From the NCBI GenBank assembly GCA_965235115.1, contig OZ249436.1, positions 22,074,001-22,134,000 of the forward strand: 60,000 bases of DNA. The letters are read 5' to 3'. The notes beneath the pieces were generated by a model. It was not told the DNA's origin. It did not search any database and saw nothing but the letters and a program-made list of their open reading frames with translations. The DNA is from Laetmonice hystrix (Eukaryota). Positions 39,201 to 53,233 of this stretch are shown here, piece by piece. The translations under genes and the position numbers were made by a program. Every line of letters starts with the position of its first letter. The stretch's first letter is position 1.

Positions 39201-42200
39201 AAATACGACCCTGGTTTTCAGACATGGGGTCTCGTTCTAAAATACGACCATGGTTTTCAGACAGGGTCTCGTTCTCAAATACGACCCTGGTTTTCAGACA
39301 TGGGTCTTGTTCTCAAATACGACCCTGGTTTTCAGACAGGGTCTCGTTCTCAAATACGACCCTGGTTTTCAGACAGGGTCTCGTTCTCAAATACGACCCT
39401 GGTTTTCAGACAGGGTCTCGTTCTCAAATACGACCCTGGTTTTCAGACAGGGTCTCGTTCTCAAATACTACCTTGGGTTTAAGACATGGGTCTCATTCTC
39501 AAATACGGTCTTGGCTTTCGGACATGAATGTCATTCTCCAATGCGGGGATTCGCAAATTGACGCAGTTCATTGTAGCATTGAAATGGGAGAGGAACTGGT
39601 TGGTCTTTGGGAGATAAATCACCAAAATCATTGAATGCACATAAGACAAACACTAAAGTATACACAATGACGTTTCACGTTTATATTCCTACCACATAGC
39701 TGTTCATTGTGGCTGCCAGTAACGTCAGCGATTTATCTTGGGATGTAAAAACAAGAGTTGGCCGTCTAGGACGGATGGTACAGGGCATGTCGCTACCAGC
39801 ATCGACGGCAGAATGTTTGTCATGCAGCAATAAACAAGATAGTGATTTATCTTGACGTCTATCGCCAAAGGACGCGTGCTTTGGCACAGCTACGCTCAGG
39901 CACGGCTGTTCACTTTCTTACAACACAGTCGCCAGCCTATACGTCGCTATTTCCGCGACCCAGATTCAGGGGGGGGAGGTTCTGGGAAAACGACGGCCAA
40001 AGCATTAAGTCGGATAAGGTTCCTGTAATCCTACAGAAAGATATACGTTTGGAGTTGTAGTGTAGTGATATGGCGAAGGGTTTGTCAGATGAAACCTAGC
40101 AATTTTGGACCAGTTTCCTGAAAATTCTGCCGGATGTTCTTGAAAGCCCGATGAAAAAGTCTCCTAATGTGTCAGGGGCCGAGATCATGCAGAGTCACCT
40201 AAATGATAGCATTCTGGGTAATACCAGGGAATTTCAGCGTAAAAGCCCCGCGCTCTGTCGGTCACAGACGTTGCTAACATCCATTAGGCCTCACAAAGTC
40301 CGCGATATGAATCCCTCAATTTGTTCTCATTTCCCTGCACTACGGGGAATCCCTGGGCGTTGCACGGGGTCCCACTGGGTCATACGCAACCCATCGCGTC
40401 GCCTACAATTTCGCGACGCGGAGGGAGTCGCTAAACGCAAAGGCAAGGCGCACTGAGGTTAATGCACCAGGAGCTGGAAGGCGGAGGTGTAGGGTTAGTG
40501 TTTTAAGTGTTGCACGCGGGTAGAATTGACACCCCCTGATGCAGGGCTAATTACAGCCTTGGCATTTAATACAGGTAACGTTCTGCGAATCCATTTCCTG
40601 TCATTTACACTCTCTCAGCGTTCCACTGTCGATTGTCCGGGACCAACACCGCAATTTGGTGGAGGTGACTACCCGGGCGATATCCCAGCATCCTCTAGCA
40701 GGGCGCAGCTCGCCGGGTAATTGACGTCAATTTGGCACCAGAAGCTCGCTCGACAGGAGCAATTAACATGGCAGAAACTATCGCCAAGAACCGCCATCAC
40801 TGTATTGGGGTTAGGTTGGGCGAAGTGTGCAGGTTGAAGATTGCCCCCAGAAAGTCCTTCGTGGGTAGATTGGCATGAAACTTGGTAATCGTGCACAGGG
40901 TGCCTGACGTTATGATGACATCACAGGCCCACACATTACTTGTGGATCCCAGGTGTTGTATATACCCGGTACTATAAAACTTAATGGTAATCGGGCACAA
41001 GGTGCCTTACGTTATGATGACATCAGAGGCCCACACATTACTTGTGGATCCCAGGTGTTGTATCCTAGAAAACTTGGTAATCGTGCACAGGGTGCCTTAC
41101 GTTATGATGACATCACAGGCCCACACATTACTTGTGGATCCCAGGTGTTGTATCCTAGAAAACTTGGTAATCGTGCACAGGGTGCCTTACGTTATGATGA
41201 CATCACAGGCCCACACATTACTTGTGGATCCCAGGTGTTGTATACCCGGTACTACATAACTTTATAATCGTGCACAGGGTGCCTTACGTTATGATGACAT
41301 CACAGGCCCACACATTACTTGTGGATCCCAGGTGTTGTATCCTAGAAAACTTGGTAATCGTGCACAGGGTGCCTTACGTTATGATGACATCACAGGCCCA
41401 CACATTACTTGTGGATCCCAGGTGTTGTATCCTAGAAAACTTGGTAATCGTGCACAGGGTGCCTTACGTTATGATGACATCACAGGCCCACACATTACTT
41501 GTGGATCCCAGGTGTTGTATCCTAGAAAACTTGGTAATCGTGCACAGGGTGCCTTACGTTATGATGACATCAGAGGCCCACACATTACTTGTGGATCCCA
41601 GGTGTTGTATACCCGGTACTATAAAACTTGGTAATCGTGCACAGGGTGCCTTTCGTTATGATGCGTTGGGTATCAAGGTATAGAAAGTCAGTGGTCATAA
41701 GTTTTGCATCTCAAACATTTCAAAGTATTTTTAGTACTTATGTTTAACGTTTTATATGTAACAAAGATACGACAAGCTATAAAACAATTTGAAATGGTGG
41801 TAAACGATTGAATATATGTCTGTAATTATATTACAAGAATTAACGCCCAAGGCATGTTGCAAGACGTTTTACTGCAGGCTGTGTATAGACGCTCTCTTCC
41901 AAGTCTGCATGGTTAACATTGGAGATGGGTAAATCATTTTACCAATAATCTAAACGATAAACGAACCATGATTGATTTACAGGGCTGGAATAAAAAGCTG
42001 AGATGGGATGGATATGATAAAACGCAGACAGGCAGACTTATGAATGCGATGTAAGAAAGAATAATATATGAGAACCTGAGATTACATGCTGGCGCCCATG
42101 CATGCAGCCTGCAGCCGTTTGTTGCTGTGGTCAGTATATATCATGGGGACACTCTTCTCCTGACAACATGTCTAGACTGTACCAATCATGGGGGACATCA

Positions 42201-45200
42201 TTCGGTTCAGCTTGGTCTATGATATATGTCGCACTATTATATTGTTGATTAGGACTTCGAAAAGATACAATTTATAATTATCTATGATTTTAATATTTCA
42301 TCCACATAATGAGACCGTTATCATATAATGATCTCGGTTTCTCATGTGAATGCATCATAAGCATGGTTTTCTAGAGTTAAGTCAGGAAACGATGTCACTA
42401 TGCCGGCTTCAGAGGGATCTTGAGGATCAGATGGGAAGTCCGGAGCAAGATAGCAAGTGAAATGTCCCAACTTAGCCAAATATCTCTATTCAAATATTCA
42501 ATCATTAGTTTTGGAATAGTTTTTATAGGCATGTCATTATCGCCTTCATGAGAATCAGAATAACTAATTTTTATAACAGAGAACCTCTGACCTGTTAACC
42601 ATCAAATGAATCATTTCGATTAAGAATCAAATTAAATAGGTGTCACGACTATTATGGGTTTAGAATGGTGCTACAAGAAAAGCAAAGTGTTCAATGATTG
42701 TTGGTCAGTGATGACCAGTGCTTGACCTCTCACTCTCAGTCACCTTTCTGTCAAGGTCGGTCTTTGTCCTCCATTATACGCGAAGAACAACCGTACAAAG
42801 AAAGGAGTGCATCGAATATCAGCTGTTGAAAAAATACATTTATATACAAACAAAGGTTGAGATTATACATAGCAATATAAAACAGTTTAAAACTCCGTGT
42901 CCTGATGTAAGCCTATATATTAACATTGAAACCCCATTAAACTAGTCTGATTATTACATGGGGCCACATACATTCAATCTATTTAATCCGTGTACTTATG
43001 GAGAATGACTTGATAAGTATTATTTGTGAGCTGAATTTATCAAACACATATCGAGTTACATGTGTGATCGAGTTATTTTCCAACCCACAACAGCGTTTTC
43101 CTCAAATAGTTTAAAGTTTGTAGAGGCTTATGCCAATAACATGATCTATGCGCTCAAGCAGGCGATGAGCAAGCCCATAAACCTGCTTTATTTCACTGAG
43201 AGTATATAGTTACAGTATAAGTTGACACCAATGGGTATATATGTTTATACCCTACTATTGCGGTTAATGTTGGGTTAGGCCTGTTAAGTTTTTGAAATAT
43301 TATGCTTGCTTAAAACAGCCAAGGTCACTAAAGTCTTGTTTAATTGCTCAAATTATGTCTCTCCTCGACGCAAAAGATATCTACCGATGGGTCAGACTCA
43401 ACGGCGGGTCGTCCATCGGCCGATGGGCGACCCGTTGGTCGATCCGCCGGTGGGTCTGGCCCGGGTCTGGCCTATCGGCCGATGGGCCAGATCGACCGAT
43501 GGGGCGTAATATAGGACAATGTATATGCAAAATATATGGTATGTATTTTTGCTAGATCCTTGGAAGGTTTGGCTCTATAGGTAATGCGGTGTTTGGCGAT
43601 TGTTAAAGCGGACACACAGACATCGTCTATAGGGTCACCGTCTGCTGGGTTTCTATACGATGTACTGCCGTGTCCAGCGTGCAGTTTGTTTCCCCGACAG
43701 CTCGGCGTCTTCAGCTAATACCCCCGTCACACTTATTCGGAATCAGCAGGAATCAAGCAGAACCAGCCGGAATGGAGAATTCTCAAAATTCGTGTCACAT
43801 TCGGGAGGGAATTTCAAATTGACCAAAATTCTTACAGCTTTGTAAGAATAGCGTTCGAATACTTAGAATGCGCTTCAAACCCGCCTCGAATGATTCTTGC
43901 ACATTCCGGGTGTATTAGCTCGAATGCAGCTTGAATGTAGTTGGAACACAGTAGGAATATTTAGAATATTGTTAGAATGCAGTCAGAATATTTAGAATGC
44001 ACCTCGAATGCCGTACGAGTGCGGTTCGATTGCTGCCCAAATACCGCCCGATGTCTGGATGGAAGGTGCCTCGCATGCTGTACGAATTAACCTCAAATGC
44101 AGTCAGAACGCTCCCGGAATGGCTGCCGAATATGGTTCGAACGTCCAAATATTCAAACAGAATGCAGCTCGAACACTTAGAATGCACTTCGAATGTACTT
44201 AGAATGTAACACGAATGTCCGAGTATAGATTCCGGCAGCAATCGAGATGCATTCGAGGTGCATTCCGGCTCATTCGAGGCGCATTCGGGACATTCTGGCA
44301 GGATTTGAAGTGGCTTGCCGTTTCGATTCTGCCTCAAATGCGATCAGAATGTTTCGAATGCTGTTGGAATGCCGTAAGAATATTTAGAATGCAGTCAGAG
44401 TGCATTTAGAATACACTTCGAATGCCGTTCGATATTTTTCCCCTTCGAATGCACCTCGAAAGTTTTGAGCATGAGCAAAACATTCGGGCCGGCCACAAGA
44501 ATGGGCCCGAATATTTGGAATGCACTCAGAATGCAGTCAGAACTTTTAGAATGCACTTCGAATATCCAGGAATATACCAAGAATTTTCATTCCGACAGCA
44601 TTCTGGCTCATTCCGCCTCTAGTGTGACTAGGGTATCACAGCGACATATCCGTGCGATTCAGTCAAAGGGACGGAGTCGGCCACGGCGCTGAAACTGACG
44701 GCCGGCTCGGGTTTATAATGTCCGGCAGTATAACTACAGACCACAGAGCGACAGTCTGAGGTACCTATAGGACCTAAAGATCTAAAATAGGGCTTCACAC
44801 ACGTTCCTGTTTGGCATAGGTCATATAGGCCCTTAATGGTATAGATAGGGCCTACGTTGAGTAGGCCTACTCCAGCGGTAAACTGACTCGCTGTATGGGT
44901 TGTATTCCGTATACAGGTGTCCGGGTGCCTTATTAGGGAGTTAACGTGATCAAGGCTGTGGTTGGAGAGTGATTGATACCCACTCACCACCCCTTATATT
45001 GCCCACCCCTCCTGTCGAGTCGGTCTGTTGGCCGCCCGGCTGGCCCCGCCTCTCGGGCGGCCGCCTGTCGCCGGTCGCGCCGATACGATCGCTGTACTCG
45101 ACGAGCACGCGGCGGGCATTCCCCGGCCCTAGATAGGATCAAATCGTGGCGACCTCCCTGATCCATTCACGACCCGAACTGTCAATGGAACATGCCCCGG

Positions 45201-47607
45201 TCGGCTGCTAATTTAATAGTGACTGGTCGGGGTGCATTAAGACCAGGCTCACGCTGTATGCCCCGACCATCTTTCCATCGCAGACATGCGGCATGCTCTT
45301 TTTAGCTCATCTACGATGAATACAGGGATGGAGAAAGTGAATAGTACTGGTTCTATGTCGGTAACGTCATCCTACTTAGTACGACCTGCATATTCCTTGT
45401 CATGTAATAATATAGGCTGATAATAAGTGAATTGGCGGGTTTAGGGTACTTTTATTTTGATAGTCACCCCTGACAAATTGTAATCATCAACTTATATCAC
45501 TCTTAATATGTAACACATAGGCCTACCATCAACTTATATCACTAACCTCTGATAATATGTAACACATACCATCAACTTATATCACTAACCTCTGATAATA
45601 TGTAACACATACCATCAACTTATACCACTAACCTCTAATAATATGTAACACATACCATCAACTTATATCACTAACCTCTGATAATATGTAACACATACCA
45701 TCAACTTATATCACTAACCTCTGATAATATGTAACACATACCATCAACTTATACCACTAACCTCTAATAATATGTAACACATACCATCAACTTATATCAC
45801 TAACCTCTGATAATATGTAACACATACCATCAACGTATATCACTAACCTCTGATAATATGTAACATATACCATCAACTTATATCACTAACCTCTGAATAT
45901 GTAACACATACCATCAACTTATATCACTAACCTCTGATAATATGTAACACATACCATCAACGTACATCACTAACCTCTGATAATATGTAACATATACCAT
46001 CAACTTATATCACTAATCTCTGAATATGTAACACCATCAACTTATATCACTAACCTCTGATAATTATGTAACAGATACCGTCAACATATAACACTAACCA
46101 TTGATAATGTAACAGATACCATGAACTTATATCACTAACCTCTGATAATATGTAACACATACCATTAACTTATATCACTAACCTCTGATAATATGTAACA
46201 CATACGATACTATGTACCACATACCATCACCTTATATCACTAACCCCTCATAATACATTGTATGTAACACATACTCTCAACTTATACCACTAACCTCTAC
46301 TAACATCTTCGCCAGCAAGTTATCTAATTTTATCATAAGGAACTCAAATATGAGTCCAAAGCAGAAGGAACAGAAGACCGGATTCCCGAGTCCCGTTATA
46401 ATCTATACTGCGTAAAGTAATGCAAATAGTGAAAAATATATGAATGAGAAATTTATGCTCAAGTTTGTGCTTTTATTCAGGTGCATGTAGGCCTAGCCTA
46501 TAACACTCTAAAAACAGATTGGTTGAAATGTGTCCAACCAATCCAATTGGTTGGACACATTTCAACCAATATTGGTTGATTCAACCAATATCTTGGTTAA
46601 TTTCAACCAATCTGTTTTAGAGTGTATATAAAACTACAAGATTTTTTATTCTGACAGTAGGCCTGTTATTTATACACACCTGTATACCGTAAACTAGGGT
46701 CTATGTGTAGTGAGCAATGGCTGCCAGTCGGTACTGTTATAGTGAGCGTGCTTAGTGATCAGTTCTGGTCCATCTATACCAGTTGATGCTCACAGGCGGC
46801 GTGGTGGTAGTGGTGGTGGTAGTGGTAGTGGTGGTGGTGGGGGCGGTGGGGGTGGGGGTGTGATGGTGTGATGGTGTGATGATCCTCGGCTCAGCTCAAG
46901 TAGAGCCTGTCTATATGGCCGGAGGCGTGATAATCTCACAGTGGGTCTGGTCATCATTGATTGCTACCGGCACCCTGGCACCCTCACCCCACCCCCTACC
47001 TCAGCCACCCCACCCCACCCCACCCCACCCCACCCCCACAGCACAGTCACACACATCCCTTCCTATTCATCGCCATTTATGCAAATAAGGCGACCATTAA
47101 ATGGCGAGGAGATGGACGATGAAATCATTAGTTCATTTGTTGAAGCACACTTGTCATAATCAAATGGCGCTCCGTTTTGAAATTTATTGCGCACTTGGTG
47201 AATAATACAGTGATGGTGGTTGTATAGTGGGGTTATGAATAACCTGAGGGGGTTGTGGTATGTAATAAGGGGGACAAGTCCCCCCGCCACCGGCTCCGGG
47301 GCAATAATACAGCCATCGACCACATCCTTTGTGTGACTCGGATACGATCCGTTACAAATAAATACAATGTGCTAATAGGGGCTTGGCTGAACTGGTTGGT
47401 ACAATATGATAGCATGACAAGTCATCGTTTTATAGGATCATTTGGCTCCTGTGACTTCAGACTCACACTGGTCGCTCAAACACAGGTGCTTTGTAGTCTT
47501 CCGGCCATGGTTTCATTTCTAGAGAATCAGATTTAAAATATTTGGTTATTTAAAATCCGCATAGTTGCTTTTATGATTTAATATTGTCATAATTTCTGTA
47601 TAGTCTT

Positions 47608-47638
<31 letters not shown>

Positions 47639-49478
47639 GTCCCATAATTTGTATTTATAACGAGATATTGGATGAGTTATATCTGGATGAACTAACCAGA
47701 AACCATGCCTTGTGTTTCAGTACACAAAATTTATATTGCACTAATGACGGTCTAGGCCTATGATATACTTATGTGTGTAGACTCTATATATAAAACATTA
47801 GCTGCATGTGGATTTCGTTATACTTGCACGAAACTATAAGAGTAATACTTTATACACATAACATCAGCCCTAACTCCCAACCTGAGCGGTTCGCCAGCAC
47901 TCAGACTCGGATTCCATAAAACATCCAGATTAATGCTTATCAATCTTGTTAGCAGAATAATGGTAATCTCATCAACATGAAAACCGTAATTCCTCAAATT
48001 CCTATAGGCTTGGCGCAATGAGATTTAGCCCGCCTTTGTCTCGCTCCCGTGATGCTGTTCTTAGCTCGGGTGTTAATAAGATATGGCTGGAAGCCTTGCT
48101 GCAAGCCGCCTGCCAGTCTGCGCCAACCCTCTAGTGGTTTCCTCTTGAGGGTGGTCAATGCGGCCAGAAGGAGAGGGGGGCTTAGCGCCCTGTTTGGGGT
48201 GGGGTGGGGGCATGGGGTTGGCAGGATAAAGGCATTCGTAAACAATAATATAGCATGCCATGGGCTAGTTCGCCCATGAAGATGTGCATCTCTGTTATAT
48301 TGGAGATTGTTCACAACAGAAGCGATAACTATGAACTATTTTAGGTGTTCAAAGGTACCTTCATTTATTGTTCATACCTCTGTCATTCAGACTATATTTA
48401 TGAATATATCGATGTTTTAAAGGAATCAGTGAGGAGATTTAAATGTTACAAGACTCTTGCAATGTTAGTTGTGCGAGCCGATCACGCTGTGCTGTACGGA
48501 CTTGTACATGCAGCATGCAGACCAAACAACCCAGGCAGCCCGTATAACGTCTCCCTTCTATCGTCTGCACGCTTCGACCTCACAGTCTTCACTCACCATC
48601 CAAGTACTTAACAGGCCAAAGACTGCCTTTAATGTGAATTCACTCACCATACAAGTACTTAACAGGCCAAAGACTGACTTTAATGTGAATTCACTCACCA
48701 TACAAGTACTTAACAGGCCAAAGACTGCCTTTAATGTGAATTCACTCACCATCCAAGTACTTAACAGGCCAAAGACTGCCTTTAATGTGAATTCACTCAC
48801 CATCCAAGTACTTAACAGGCCAAAGACTGCCTTTAATGTGAATTCACTCACCATCCAAGTACTTAACAGGCCAAAGACTGCCTTTAATGTGAATTCACTC
48901 ACCATCCAAGTACTTAACAGGCCAAAGACTGCCTTTAATGTGAATTCACTCACCATCCAAGTACTTAACAGGCCAAAGACTGCCTTTAATGTGAATTCAC
49001 TCACCATCCAAGTAACTAACAGGCCAAAGACTGCCTTTAATGTGAATTTACACTTACACCGAATGTTTTGCCCTCCACGAGAAGGTGCAATGGAAATGGT
49101 TTATTGGGTGCGTGATCCAACACAGCGCGGAGTTTGCCGCCCGCGCAGTCGATACCAGCATGGCGTGAGCTGTTTATATACCTGAGTGTGACGGACGAAT
49201 TGTCCGGCGATATCTAACTGTACACCTATATCTGTATCATGATTAATGAAGATTAACCACCAGGCGACAAACTCCCGTGGTTTATACGTCAACCATGTTT
49301 GGTATCTTTAAGTGGACTTGACAAAACACCTCAAGTCAAGGGCCATCGTTGAGATATGTTTGTTGGTTGTTCGAGCCGTGAGTAATGATAGAGTGACTAT
49401 GTCGAAAACAGTAGATGTACGGACAAGATTATATCTTTTTACAGCTTACGGTATATACTAGATGGGCGGAGAGAGAGG

Positions 49479-49509
<31 letters not shown>

Positions 49510-52500
49510 TGATATTGAAGGAGAAAAGATACTGCATGGGCTTTCCACAAGCCGATGGTGAGCTAACAGGTGCGCGTCGCCCAAGGTGTATACCGAGAGA
49601 GACGGGGCAGGTCGCGGTCAACACGACCAGCGCCCGGTGTCTGCCCTGGGTGGGCCCGTCCCCGCCTCCCCTCCCGGTCCCTCCCGTACACGGCCAGCGC
49701 CCGGTGTCTGCCCCAGGTGGGCCCGTCCCCGCCTCCCCTCCCGGTCCCTGCCGTACACACCCACACGGCCAGCGCCCGGTGTCTGCCCCAGGTGGGCCCG
49801 TCCCCGCCTCCCCTCCCGGTCCCTGCCGTACACGGCCAGCGCCTGGTGTCTGCCCTGGGTGGGCCCGTCCCCGCCTCCCCTCCCGGTCCCTGTCGTACAG
49901 GGCCAGCGCCCGGTGTCTGCCCCAGGTGGGCCCGTCCCCGCCTCCCCTCCCGGTCCCTCCCGTACACAGCCAGCACCCGGTGTCTGCCCCAGGTGGGCCC
50001 GTCCCCGCCTCCCCTCCCGGTCCCTGTCGTACAGGGCCAGCGCCCGGTGTCTGCCCCAGGTGGGCCCGTCCCCGCCTCCCCTCCCGGTCCCTGTCGTACA
50101 GGGCCAGCGCCCGGTGTCTGCCCCAGGTGGGCCCGTCCCCGCCTCCCCTCCCGGTCCCTGCCGTACACACCCACACGGCCAGCGCCCGGTGTCTGCCCCA
50201 GGTGGGCCCGTCCCCGCCTCCCCTCCCGGTCCCTGCCGTACACACCCACACGGCCAGCGCCCAGTGTCTGCCCCAGGTGGGCCCGTCCCCGCCTCCCCTC
50301 CCGGTCCCTGCCGTACACACCCACACGGCCAGCGCCCGGTGTCTGCCCTGGGTGGGCCCGTCCCCGCCTCCCCTCCCGGTCCCTGCCGTACACACCCACA
50401 CGGCCAGCGCCCGGTGTCTGCCCCAGGTGGGCCCGTCCCCGCCTCCCCTCCCGGTCCCTCCCGTACACAGCCAGCACCCGGTGTCTGCCCCAGGTGGGCC
50501 CGTCCCCGCCTCCCCTCCCGGTCCCTGCCGTACACACCCACACAGCCAGCACCCAGTGTCTGCCACAGGTGGGCCCGTCCCCGCCTCCCCTCCCGGTCCC
50601 TGTCGTACAGGGCCAGCGCCCGGTGTCTGCCCCAGGTGGGCCCGTCCCCGCCTCCCCTCCCGGTCCCTCCCGTACACAGCCAGCACCCGGTGTCTGCCCC
50701 AGGTGGGCCCGTCCCCGCCTCCCCTCCCGGTCCCTGTCGTACAGGGCCAGCGCCCGGTGTCTGCCCCAGGTGGGCCCGTCCCCGCCTCCCCTCCCGGTCC
50801 CTGTCGTACAGGGCCAGCGCCCGGTGTCTGCCCCAGGTGGGCCCGTCCCCGCCTCCCCTCCCGGTCCCTGTCGTACAGGGCCAGCGCCCGGTGTCTGCCC
50901 CAGGTGGGCCCGTCCCCGCCTCCCCTCCCGGTCCCTGTCGTACAGGGCCAGCGCCCGGTGTCTGCCCCAGGTGGGCCCGTCCCCGCCTCCCCTCCCGGTC
51001 CCTCCCGTACACAGCCAGCACCCGGTGTCTGCCCCAGGTGGGCCCGTCCCCGCCTCCCCTCCCGGTCCCTGTCGTACAGGGCCAGCGCCCGGTGTCTGCC
51101 CCAGGTGGGCCCGCCCGCCTCCCCTCCCGGTCCCTCCCGAACACACCCGCACGGCCAGCGCCCGGTGTCTGCCCCAGGTGGGCCTGTCCCCGCCTCCCCT
51201 CCCTCCCGTACACACCCACGCTGCCGAGGACGGCACTGTCACTTACACCAGCCCAGACACGGAGGGGGCAGGGCCAGTGGGGGCAGGGGTTGACGGTCGG
51301 TAAATATGACGGTTTAGTTGGAGCCCAACCCCGCTCGTCAGACCGCCAGCCACCGGGCGAATCTTCTGGCCTTGTTTGGTAAATACTTCAGCGAGTTTGC
51401 ACGGAAACGGATCCGAAAATAAACAGTGTGAATCCAGCAGAGATAAAGGGAGACGGGACTGGGCTCGACACGGTGCTGGTGTCTCCGGGACAAGGCAGTT
51501 TGACCCGCTACAGGGGATTCCTGTGAACTCACTGGTCCCGCCTGTAACGGTGCAGTCATTGAACACACAACTGTCAGTAATGAGTGGGTTCAGACCCTGT
51601 TGACAACCGTATACGACATTAGGAAGAGATTGATACATTCTTGAGATAGTTCAACCCGTCGGTGACAGGATCTTTTGTTTCCAGAGCCAGCAGGGACTGG
51701 TAATGATGATGTTGAACATCCGAAACGTGTGATAATTTATACATTAATTAATGCGGAATCATAATAATATTACACTAGTATAGTTAATGAGAACACCGTT
51801 GCGGCGTGGTGTAATTATTGCCATGTCTGAGAAGACCGACTCGGAGGACCAGCACGCCGCCGGAGAGCGGCCGCTCCCTGCAAGCAGCGACCGGCCTCAC
51901 GACCGACTGGTCCCGGCCGGCGGGTGGTGGGCGGCCTGCGGGTAGGCGGGGGACTCTGACCGGCAGACAGACAGCCCAGCCGGTCGACTGGCCGATGATA
52001 CATTATATATGATCCAGGTGAATCAGCCGGTCTCAGGACAACGTCTGTTTATTATTTACGATCCCTCCCTCCCCGTATCCCAACTTGAACCGTGGAAAAC
52101 GGTCCCTCAGTCTGGACATCAACAGACAGCAGACAGGCAGGCAGGCCCGGAGACCGGGATCCCCCCCCAGCTTGGCCAGCGGTCAGAGGATCGCGTGGTC
52201 AGTGGCGATGAAACATTGATGGGCCGCGAGCGATGGTCGGCCCGCCGCCAGGGCCTTTGTCGTGCCAGCAGCAAGGTCGGCCTCCTAGAGGCAACCGTGT
52301 TTTCGTGACACCGGCTTGGCACAGCGCCAACCGACCAAATCTGCCCATTCAGGAAAGTAAACAGAAAAGCCCACGAACCATTACCCTAAACGTTGTCTCC
52401 ACCACACCAGCCTAACCCAGGCTGACGGTAGGACATGTAGGCGAGCCCGGTATATGAACAACGTCGGGCGGAGAGTGTGTATATAGATAGGCCACGCCAC

Positions 52501-53197
52501 CAAGTCAAAATATTCAACTCCCCCTAACTCCCTCCACGGCAGGGAGCTGTCATGTATCTCTGTACGGACGTTTTGTTACATCACTAACTCCCTCCACGGC
52601 AGGGAGCTGTCATGTATCTCTGTACGGACGTTTTGTTACATCACTAACTCCCTCCACGGCAGGGAGCTGTCATGTATCTCTGTACGGACGTTTTGTTACA
52701 TCACTAACTCCCTCCACGGCAGGGAGCTGTCATGTATCTCTGTACGGACGTTTTGTTACATCACTAACTCCCTCCACGGCAGGGAGCTGTCATGTATCTC
52801 TGTACGGACGTTTTGTTACATCACTAACTCCCTCCACGGCAGGGAGCTGTCATGTATCTCTGTACGGACGTTTTGTTACATCACTAACTCCCTCCACGGC
52901 AGGGAGCTGTCATGTATCTCTGTACGGACGTTTTGTTACATCACTAACTCCCTCCACGGCAGGGAGCTGTCATGTATCTCGTTTTGTTACCATGGAAGAC
53001 ATGACTTGATATAGCCTGGAGCCCAGTGTGTGTAATATACGTGTAATATAGTGCATTACGACAGGCATTAAGTCAGTCCCAATGATTCAGACATAATGAC
53101 ATGGCTTAATGAAGGCTTTGACCACTCAGCCAGTGGTATAGGACACAATGAGGGAGCTACATTTACAAGTCAGTCTGTGGAGTTGAATGTTGCTGGT

Positions 53198-53233
<36 letters not shown>

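Noticed and set aside
48469..49185. 238-aa ORF with a 17-aa repeat
   Set aside because: A 51-bp minisatellite that happens to lack stops in this frame; no splice or domain support.
49439..51382. Long ORFs (415-598 aa) in all six frames
   Set aside because: Artefact of a stop-free GC-rich 67/75-bp minisatellite; no domain content.
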